Below, piece after piece: positions 52,537 to 60,400 of a stretch of DNA of 64,000 nt. The first letter of the stretch is position 1. Each line of letters starts with the position of its first letter. The translations under genes were made by a program, and so were the position numbers. Source of the DNA: Poseidonia sp. (GTDB taxonomy: Archaea; Thermoplasmatota; Poseidoniia; Poseidoniales; Poseidoniaceae); NCBI GenBank assembly GCA_038124565.1, contig JAYPCE010000003.1:5910-69909 (forward strand), given 5' to 3'. Below the pieces are notes generated by a model. That model was not told where the DNA came from. It did no database searches and saw only the letters and a program-made list of their open reading frames with translations.

Positions 52537-52728
52537 TCAGAACAAGTTCCAAATGGCTTGAACGACGCCTTGGTTGACCAAGTAGAAGAAGCCGCCAAGA
52601 AGGATACAGGCGAAGTAAACTTGGGCCGGCGTAATCTTCCAAGAATCTTCAGATTCTTCGTCAAAATAGCGAATCAAACCGGCTGCTTGTTGGATACCGC
52701 TGCCGTCGCTCTTCTTCTTTGCTGCCAT
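52537..52728 (-). CDS. secG: Preprotein translocase subunit Sec61beta (archaeal SecG)
   Basis: 63 aa, …GLIRYFDEE… followed by a single C-terminal TM ILLGGFFYLV, the archaeal Sec61beta pattern. Confidence 0.8.
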   Translation of the reverse strand: MAAKKKSDGSGIQQAAGLIRYFDEESEDSWKITPAQVYFACILLGGFFYLVNQGVVQAIWNLF

Positions 52729-52778
52729 GTGGACCGTTCATGGCGAGAGACCTCCCCCTTATCAACGCGACGCGAGAT

Positions 52779-53672
52779 TCATTCTTCTTCCAAGACCTCA
52801 TCCTGTGCCGTCAAATCAACGAATGGAATGTCTTCTTCATCGAGCAACACCGAGAGTTCCTTCGTAGATTGTCCGGTTGGGCCTTGCGGCCACTCGGCGA
52901 GGCTCGTACCAGAGGAAAACCGTTCACTCGGCGCTTCGATGGTTGGCGAATCCAGGGCGGGGTCAAGATGAATCAACGCAGCTTCTATACGAGCAAGGGC
53001 TCGTTCAACGCCTGGGGCATTGTCTTCAGCCTGTGCCTTCCATGCCATGTCGGTATCCTCTGCAATGGCGTCAAGCCAAGGCTTGTGATGCTCAGCGTCC
53101 TCCAACCGTGCTTCAATTTCTTGCTTGCGCAGAAGGATACGCTGAATGGTTTCGCTAAGATGGTCTCTGGCTACCGCTCGTAAATCGTTCCACAACTGCT
53201 CGTTTTCTTTCAATGAGAGGCCAGGGTGATGTCTGTCAAGGTATCGCTGTGCACGGCGGACATGAGCCAATTCCCACGGTGATTGGCCCAACGAACTCGC
53301 CACATCCAACACCAAGCGTGCTCTGCTTTGAAGGGGTCCGGTCAACGTGATGACGTTCAAGTACCCCGAAGTCAGCAATCCAGCGCCCCAGTACGGATAG
53401 GATTCAATGCGAACCTCGAGTTCACTGCTCGTCGTTTCCAACACCCATCGCTGCTCGTTGTATCCGGGCGGCGCTGAAAAAAAAGGCGTTTCAGGGTGCG
53501 CTAAATGGGCCAGCACGGCTTGCGCGACATCTCCAAGGTACACCGTTGTGGACGGTCCCTGAAAGTGACGGCTTCTTAACAATCGATTGGTGGTGTCCAT
53601 TTTGTGTGATGCTTTGGCTTTGCGAACCTGTGCTACCAACACAGAAACGCGGGCATCGAGCACCTCGTCCAT
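52779..53672 (-). CDS. Hypothetical protein (ORF track start 53720; ATG 53672 MDEVLDARV preferred, TGATG overlap with upstream gene)
   Basis: Soluble, helical C-terminal half; no motifs recognised; operonic with the ATP-grasp gene. Confidence 0.5.
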   Translation of the reverse strand: MDEVLDARVSVLVAQVRKAKASHKMDTTNRLLRSRHFQGPSTTVYLGDVAQAVLAHLAHPETPFFSAPPGYNEQRWVLETTSSELEVRIESYPYWGAGLLTSGYLNVITLTGPLQSRARLVLDVASSLGQSPWELAHVRRAQRYLDRHHPGLSLKENEQLWNDLRAVARDHLSETIQRILLRKQEIEARLEDAEHHKPWLDAIAEDTDMAWKAQAEDNAPGVERALARIEAALIHLDPALDSPTIEAPSERFSSGTSLAEWPQGPTGQSTKELSVLLDEEDIPFVDLTAQDEVLEEE

Positions 53673-54658
53673 CACAACCCCTCTTCGCCAGCCCACAAAC
53701 GTCCACCCAATTCCTCCCATTCAAGCGATTGCGGATGGCATGAATTGTGGTAATTGGTAAATTCTCCAAACACCCATTCCCCATTGACCAAAAACATGTC
53801 AACACGGGTGTAGTCAATGTCTTCCGCCCACTGCTCTGCCGTAGCGATCAGCGATGACCGTTGTTCGGGCGTCAGCAAGCCGTCCAGCGTGGCGGGAAGG
53901 GGACCTTGATTCCATCGTGGATTGGTTTGTTCTATCCGCACACCATCGAGGTCGTAAATGGCTTGGCAGTGGTCACCCAATCGACCGATGTCGTATTGGA
54001 TGAATCCAGCTTTTCCATGAAACACATGTACCTTCCAATCGTGGGGAAGCGTGTTGTTGTCCAGCAACAACTCCTCGACCATGATGCCCCGAGGTTGGAT
54101 GTTGGCAGCACCCCATTCAAGGGGAACGGGAAACACGTTTTTGAGGCACTTCTTCAAGGTGCGTTCAATTCGCCATTTCGGCCAAGGTATGCCGTACTGG
54201 TCCAAACCATTTCGTACGACTCGGTAACCGTTCTTATGCCTCGCCCAGGGGCGAAAAACCCGGTTTGAATCAGCCAACGGCTCTGGACCGTTGTCCATAA
54301 TGAACAGGGCTTCGCCAGACCAATGATTGGTTTTGATGACGCAACGGGCGGGCAGGTTCTTCCATGGCAGTTTTGTGCTCGTCGTTGACCAATGAAACAA
54401 AGTTGTGAGCCGACCTCCACCTTTTTCCTCTACAAGACGACGAGAACGGTATTTGTCTTCCATTTCAATCAACAATGGATTGCGGTCGTTGATGCATCGG
54501 TGGAGTTGTCGTTGACTAAAATGGTGAGAAATTGAATCGTCGAGCCGATGCCATGGTTGGGTGCCACCAGGCAACAGGTCCTCCATGAACGGTGCAGGGC
54601 GCCTCTGCTCAAGAAGAAACCGCCTGTTGAGGTCTAGCGGCAGAAGAGGAAGGTTCAA
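53672..54658 (-). CDS. TupA-like ATP-grasp family protein (glycan/polysaccharide modification-associated)
   Basis: …RCVIKTNHWSGEALF…WKVHVFHGKAGFIQYDIGR…IYDLDG…EFTNYH matches the ATPgrasp_TupA pattern. Confidence 0.5.
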   Translation of the reverse strand: MNLPLLPLDLNRRFLLEQRRPAPFMEDLLPGGTQPWHRLDDSISHHFSQRQLHRCINDRNPLLIEMEDKYRSRRLVEEKGGGRLTTLFHWSTTSTKLPWKNLPARCVIKTNHWSGEALFIMDNGPEPLADSNRVFRPWARHKNGYRVVRNGLDQYGIPWPKWRIERTLKKCLKNVFPVPLEWGAANIQPRGIMVEELLLDNNTLPHDWKVHVFHGKAGFIQYDIGRLGDHCQAIYDLDGVRIEQTNPRWNQGPLPATLDGLLTPEQRSSLIATAEQWAEDIDYTRVDMFLVNGEWVFGEFTNYHNSCHPQSLEWEELGGRLWAGEEGL

Positions 54659-54692
54659 GTTAGGGCAGATTCAACAGCCATTTGGCGATACC

Positions 54693-55229
54693 ATGGCAGG
54701 AAAAGACAAACCCTCCGACCTAACCTCTTTGCCCGGCGTTGGTGCGGCAACCGCCAAAAAATTGGCGGCAGCGAAGTACTCTACGGCGGCAGCGATTGCA
54801 AAAGCAAGCGTGAAAGATCTCCAAAACGCAGGCCTTACCGCAGCCGTTGCGAAGAAGGTTCACGCTGCTGCTAAAGCAGCTTCAACCACCAAGGCCGCCG
54901 TGAAGAACACCGCTTCAAAGGGCGCCACGGCCGCTAAGAAGACAGCCTCAAAGGGCGCCTCGGCCGCCAAGGAGGCGGCAACCAAAAGCACGGCAGCCGC
55001 CAAGAAAGCAAGTACCAAGGCAAAGGCAGGGGCGTCAAAGGCCGCCGCCGCATCCAAGAGTACAGCGGCCAAGGCGGTTGCGAAAGGCCAAGATGTTGCC
55101 GAAGAAGTGGTTGAGAAAACCAAAGCGGCAGCCAAACCACTCTCCACCAAAAAGGAAGACGACCGGAAAGGTTCAACCATTAAGGTTCCAAGGTCGGTCA
55201 AAGACATGCCTTGGTTCAAGAAAGGGTGA
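54693..55229 (+). CDS. Basic Ala/Lys-rich DNA-binding protein with N-terminal helix-hairpin-helix (bacterial histone-H1/HU-tail-like)
   Basis: HhH LTSLPGVGAATAKKLAAAKYST then ~120 aa of AKKA/AAKA low-complexity repeats; ends KDMPWFKKG. ORF track start 54561; ATG 54693 preferred. Confidence 0.6.
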   Translation: MAGKDKPSDLTSLPGVGAATAKKLAAAKYSTAAAIAKASVKDLQNAGLTAAVAKKVHAAAKAASTTKAAVKNTASKGATAAKKTASKGASAAKEAATKSTAAAKKASTKAKAGASKAAAASKSTAAKAVAKGQDVAEEVVEKTKAAAKPLSTKKEDDRKGSTIKVPRSVKDMPWFKKG

Positions 55230-55449
55230 ATTGACCGTTAGGATTGAAGGCTGCCTAGGTTACATGGCAGGCATGCCAAGGCGAAAGTATGGTCGCCTCC
55301 GAAAAACAGTGGAGGAGCCTCCTAAGGGAAATTGCTCACGCTGCAGGTCTGGTAAGCACTGCCCGATTGAAGGCCATCAAGGACGAGGCGTTCATCCCCA
55401 TCGGCAATGGACAGGCCCCGAGCAGGTGGAGAAGCGGAAAAAATCAATC

Positions 55450-56544
55450 TCATAATTCCACGATGCCGTGGGTGCTGGACGACGGAGTGGTCTCCTCGAC
55501 AGGTACTACTTCATGCGGCATTTCGTCCATATCGTCGCGCAACGATTGTGCTCGATGGTACACTTCACGCAGCGTTTGGTCGGAAATTTCGAGGTACACG
55601 CGTGTGGTTGCAATGGTAGCATGCCCCATCAACCGTTGAATGGTAACCAAATCAGCACCACGCTCAAGCAGACCTGTTGCAAAGTTATGCCGAAGGACGT
55701 GCGGTGTTAGTTTTCCTTTAGGAAGACCGGCTTGTTCCTCCAACGCATCCATCATCCGCTGAATGCCCCTTGGTTGCAAACGCCGCCCACGTCGGTTGAC
55801 AAAACACGGCCCGCCTTCACTGGCACCGATGGATTCACGGATAGGCAACCAAGCCTCAAGTCCTGCAATCGTGCGTTTCGTGAACAGCACCAATCGGTCT
55901 TTGTCACCCTTTCCACCAAGAATGCGAGCCGAACCGTCATCAAAATCAATGTCTTCGAGGTTCAGGTCACAAATTTCACTGACTCGCATCCCGGTGTCGA
56001 GCATCATCGTTACCACCAACGCCACAGCCGGGTCTTCACTCAGGCTCGCCGCTTCAAGAACCGTGGTGAGTTCCCGTTTGGTTAGCGTTCTTGGAAGGCG
56101 TTTTCCCGTTCGGGCTCGTTGCAAGTGGTCAGGCCATATCCACCCCAGCCATTTGATGAAATGCCGGGCTGCTGCGATGCGAGCGTTGTAGGTGGTTGGC
56201 CGCAATCCAGCGATGCTGTGGGCCCACAGGTCCACTCTTCCGTTCATGGGCTCCATGCGTTTTGCAAGTTCTTCAATCGTCATTGATTCGTATGCGTCGT
56301 CATCCAAGACTGTTTCACCTGGCAGGATGGTTTCCACGAACGGTTTGAGACCGTAGAAGTATGACTTCTGTGTGTTTTCAGATTTGTTTTCTGATTGAAG
56401 TTGGCGGCGATAACACGCTATCCAAGGGAGATGGCGCAGATGAACAAGCCGAGCCGGCAGGTGCAATTCATCGTCCTCAACCAAGCGGCGTTGGCTTGGC
56501 CGCCTCGCCTGTGGTTGTGGCGTTCGCATCTCTCGTTTTTCCAT
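55450..56544 (-). CDS. xerA: Tyrosine recombinase XerA/XerCD family (start uncertain)
   Basis: Catalytic R…HxxR…Y: …ARILGGKGDKDRLV…TPHVLRHNFATGLLERGADLVTIQRLMGHATIATTRVYLEI; N-terminal core-binding domain. Confidence 0.9.
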   Translation of the reverse strand: MEKREMRTPQPQARRPSQRRLVEDDELHLPARLVHLRHLPWIACYRRQLQSENKSENTQKSYFYGLKPFVETILPGETVLDDDAYESMTIEELAKRMEPMNGRVDLWAHSIAGLRPTTYNARIAAARHFIKWLGWIWPDHLQRARTGKRLPRTLTKRELTTVLEAASLSEDPAVALVVTMMLDTGMRVSEICDLNLEDIDFDDGSARILGGKGDKDRLVLFTKRTIAGLEAWLPIRESIGASEGGPCFVNRRGRRLQPRGIQRMMDALEEQAGLPKGKLTPHVLRHNFATGLLERGADLVTIQRLMGHATIATTRVYLEISDQTLREVYHRAQSLRDDMDEMPHEVVPVEETTPSSSTHGIVEL

Positions 56545-56737
56545 TTGGCGTCACCGCCTCCCGCCGAAGCGGGCGTGCATCCCATGTCCCTGAGGACAGG
56601 TGGACAAGCGTGACCGTGTTTATCAAGCCATCGTCAAAGAGGATGAAAGGAAGGTGGGGGACTCCGACTGCGCCTTGGCGCCGAAGGAATCGTTGTACAA
56701 CTCAGAGAGCTGGAAGAAGATCAGGAAGTGGCAGCAC

Positions 56738-57004
56738 TCAGAGGTGCTCGATGCCGGTCTTCTTGACGTTGGCCTTCTTAATCTGGTCTGGGAGCCAAGC
56801 AGGGCCGCCAGCAGGCTTAGGGACCATCGAAATGCTGCCTGTGAAGCAGTGGACACGCTTGGTGCCACGCTCTCGTAGGCGGATGTTCGTGTGTCCGCGC
56901 GTTGCGGCCTTCAAGGCTGCACCGCGGGGTTGCTTGCTCGCAAATACCTGGCTCGTGTCTTTTCCGTTCTCCATGAGAACGAAGTATTTCTTTCCGTCTG
57001 ACAT
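56738..57004 (-). CDS. Archaeal non-histone chromosomal protein MC1
   Basis: 88 aa; …FASKQPRGAALKAATRGHTNIRLRERGTKRVHCFTG…PKPAGGPAWLPDQIKKANVKKTGIEHL matches the MC1 family end-to-end. SD GGAGGT 8 nt upstream and TATA-like element further upstream. Confidence 0.85.
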   Translation of the reverse strand: MSDGKKYFVLMENGKDTSQVFASKQPRGAALKAATRGHTNIRLRERGTKRVHCFTGSISMVPKPAGGPAWLPDQIKKANVKKTGIEHL

Positions 57005-57038
57005 TTGGATTACCTCCGAGGTGGCCTTAAGCCATTGA

Positions 57039-57046
57039 GCATATAA
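57039..57046 (-). promoter_or_regulatory. Putative TATA box (cattatatgc on coding strand) ~40 nt upstream of MC1 ATG
   Basis: TTATAT-type box in the 146-bp intergenic region; SD-like ggaggt at 57011-57016. Confidence 0.35.
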
Positions 57047-57150
57047 TGTTTTTCCCGAAAAAAGGCAATACTGCGCCCCATATGGCGCTCAGTCACCCTT
57101 TCCGAAGGCCAAAAATCCGACCATTCTGCCGCAGTATCACGGTTTCAAAC

Positions 57151-57387
57151 TCAGTCCAAATCCGCTCCAGCGAGGGTCTTGGTATTGACCACACCTTCAA
57201 CCGAACGAATGTGTTCAACAACGGCTTTGGCGATGGTCGCCAAATCATCGGCTTCTAATTTGACAATCAAATCATGGTCGCCAAACAACACTGTGGCATC
57301 ACACACATAAGGAAGGGATTTCACATCGTTGTAGACTTGCTGTTCGGTGCCGGGCTGAACATTGATGAGGACGTATCCGATGGCCAT
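57151..57387 (-). CDS. Stand-alone RAM (Lrp/AsnC C-terminal ligand-binding) domain protein (ORF track start 57486)
   Basis: MAIGYVLINVQPGTEQQVYNDVKSLPYVCDATVLFGDHDLIVKLEADDL…VEGVVNTKTL is a typical AsnC_trans_reg domain without HTH. Confidence 0.7.
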   Translation of the reverse strand: MAIGYVLINVQPGTEQQVYNDVKSLPYVCDATVLFGDHDLIVKLEADDLATIAKAVVEHIRSVEGVVNTKTLAGADLD

Positions 57388-57419
57388 GGGACTCAACCTT
57401 CCCAGCGTGTCTGACCACA

Positions 57420-60400
57420 TCACCCTTGCGCTTCTTGGTGATGCTTCGCCAAGGCTTCGCGGTGTTCGGCGACATAGGTTGCCCATTGGTCTTCAGTCCA
57501 GCCTTCGGGCACAGGTCCACCCAACCATTCCTCATAGGCAACCAAGGTCCATCCTTCTGGTACAAATGAGGGGAGATCGGCGGGAAGTGGCGAATCAAAC
57601 GATGTGCCAGCGCTGTCTTGTTCAAACAGGTCTTCAAGCGAAGCGAGTTCCAATGCATCGCTCGCACCCCACGCCGTCTCTTCTGAGGCTGTCTTTCTCA
57701 AACGCAGCACGACGGCACTCAAGGTGACGATTAGGAAGGCTGCTACAGCACTCACTTTCAGAATGGCAGATTGGGTGTTTGTGTTCTGTACCGGCGTTTG
57801 GTCGTTCAGAGTGTTGTCGACACAGGTCGTGCAAGCGAGGGCAGGGCCCACCATCATCTCGTCTTCGTATGCGAAGCTTTGCTGGAGGTCATCCACGCAG
57901 TTGATGGTGTAATTCAGCGTGGTGTTCGCTAGTGACCGCGGAATTGGATACTGCCAGGAGAGTTCATTGACAAACACACCTTCGGGGCCAGCCATCATCG
58001 TCGATTGGCTGAGCATGTCACCATCTTCGTTGTAAAGCGCGTAGGCACAAATCACTCGGTCCAATCCATCAAGGTCTGATAGGGTCACGTTGGTGAACAG
58101 GTCTTCTTCGGGGAGGGGCGTTGATACTTCGATGGAAACAAACTCGGTGGGTGCGTGCTGGAACATGAGGTCCAGCGAGGCAGATTTCACAAGTCCATCA
58201 ATGTCCGATACAGAAAAAACTGCCTTTCCCGGGCCGTCAAGCATTGAATTGTCCAGTTTCAGCCGATAGGTTCTCCACACCACATCATCGGATGTGCCTG
58301 CACTCCAATTGCAGGCTTCAGGAGGTTGTCCCTCCGGCCACAACAACATGTCGGTTGAAGGAGCATTGATCGCCCAGCCCTGCTGTGTCAGTTGAGAACT
58401 CTCACCCTCCAACGGTCGGTCGCTGGCCACTCCAACCATGAGGATGGCTATTTGGCCGAAGGTCATGGTGTCAACCGCCCCTTCGGCATCGCAGGCTTCT
58501 ATGAAGAGAATTTCTGGGGGGGTTAACAAAAACGGGACGTTGAGTTGAGCGATGGTTGCCCCACCATGCTTACCGATACCCGACGCTTCAATGAACAACT
58601 CTCCGGCTTCCAACGGCACATTCAGTTGGTCGAGCCTGACCAATGTGCTGTTTTGACCTGCTTGAATGTCGAGCGGGACTTGAAGTGTTTCACCGCCCGG
58701 CCACTGCACCATGACATCTCCAACGAACGATGTGCCTGGGTCATCCACATCCACCACATCAATTCGCAACACTTCCTCGCCATTTCCGACCACCCTATCC
58801 AAAACGGTTCCTAAAGACGATTCCACTTGTATGTGCAATTGTGGCGGCATGTCGGCCACTCGGATGGTCCTCTGAAGAAGCAAGGAGCCCGTGGAGGAGC
58901 GCAATTCGAACACCGCATCTTGCAGTGAACCCCCAACCTCTAAGGAAAACGGAGCGGTGTAACAGTAGAGGTGCGTTGCAGATTGGGAAACATAGGTTAC
59001 ATTCCCGACAGTTCCACGTGAGGCGAGGAAAAAGGGCGTTTCTTCTTCGACGCGATAGTCAACATCCAAGACGCAAGCCGTGAGTTGAGATTCTTGGTGC
59101 CGGTACAATCCGGTGGCGGGGCGGTTCGGGAGGTTGGAGGCGTTGTTCCATCCAGCATCGTCCACGCCTTTGACATGCGGTCCAAACCACGTCGGTGGGG
59201 AATCCACCACCCTCGTCACGTTGGGGTACATGATGCGTTGACTCATGTTGCTGGCGTCGCGAACGGTGGCACGTAGCGTAATCCAGCCCAAGGAGGCGTT
59301 TGAAGGAACAACGAGACTCGCTTCCCAAGTTTCGGTGTTGATTTGACCGAGGGTGATGAGCGACCAGTTGTCGGGGGACAAACTTTGGTTTTCGGAAACA
59401 ATCTGCCATTCCAGCGAGGCGCTCGTGACATTGACATCATCGGTGGCCTTCACTGAGCAGATGGTGTAGGCACCTCTGGTGATGGCAGAAGCGCTGCAGT
59501 AGACTTCGTCAATGCTTGGGGGAGCGTTGACAACAACGCTGAACGGGAACAAGTTGTTGGCAAAGTTCCGTTCAGGCGTGCTGTTGTCGTAGCGGATGCG
59601 CAAATCCAGATACCCGTCCGAAGTTGGAACGACGGACATATTCACCAAGGTTCGGCTGCCGGCCTGGTCACCTGCAGGAAGAACGAGGTTGGTTTGGTTA
59701 AGGACGGAGTTGCCAAGTACAGTCTGCACCAACAAGGTGCCGTTGGATTGTGACATCCCGGTGTTTTCAACGAGGATTTGGATGGTCGCAGGTTCTCCAA
59801 GGTTCATGTTGCCGAGAACCCGCACATCAACGATGTTGATGTCATGGAACATGTCGGCGTAGGGGGCCATCTTTGGGTCACCGACCACCACACCCATCCA
59901 CCCCGAGATTCGGTTGGCCGCAGCGTGACTTTCTGCCAAATTGTATCCAGATGCATAGATTGGAAGATACATGCTGGGCAGCCCCACAGCTGTGAGGTAG
60001 GGTTCGTACACGTAGCCCTTCACGCCTGAAACGCCGTCTTCAAGCAGGTCGGCCACCAAGGATTGGCCGTAACTGGTCCCCCAATTGAACGAACGCCCTC
60101 CTGTTGAGACGGCGGTATCGGCAATGGAGCCGTTGACCCAATCCATGTGAGGGCGAATGGCCCGAATCAACACCGTGTCGATGTAGAATGCACCGGATGT
60201 TGATGTTGAAGCGATATCCAAAGGCACCCGGACCTTGAATTGTGTGGCCTGAGCGTCGGGGCGGAAGCGAAGGAATTGAGACGCCCAAGTGGTGGTGAAC
60301 GTTCGGTCGTTTGAGGTATTGGTCGATAGCACCGTACCGTTGCTGTCCAAGGCCGTAACCTCCAGGGCAAACGCACCATCCACTTCGCCCACACGCTTGC

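Noticed and set aside
55450-57004. Integrated mobile element/provirus around the XerA-like recombinase
   Set aside because: No capsid, terminase, replication-initiator or plasmid genes adjacent; no flanking direct repeats or tRNA-derived att detected by eye; neighbours are chromosomal chromatin genes. Treated as a chromosomal Xer recombinase, though a domesticated integrase is not excluded.
56361-57038. 225-aa plus-strand ORF spanning the xerA-MC1 intergenic region and MC1
   Set aside because: Overlaps the well-supported MC1 gene on the opposite strand and an intergenic region; R/S/P-rich.
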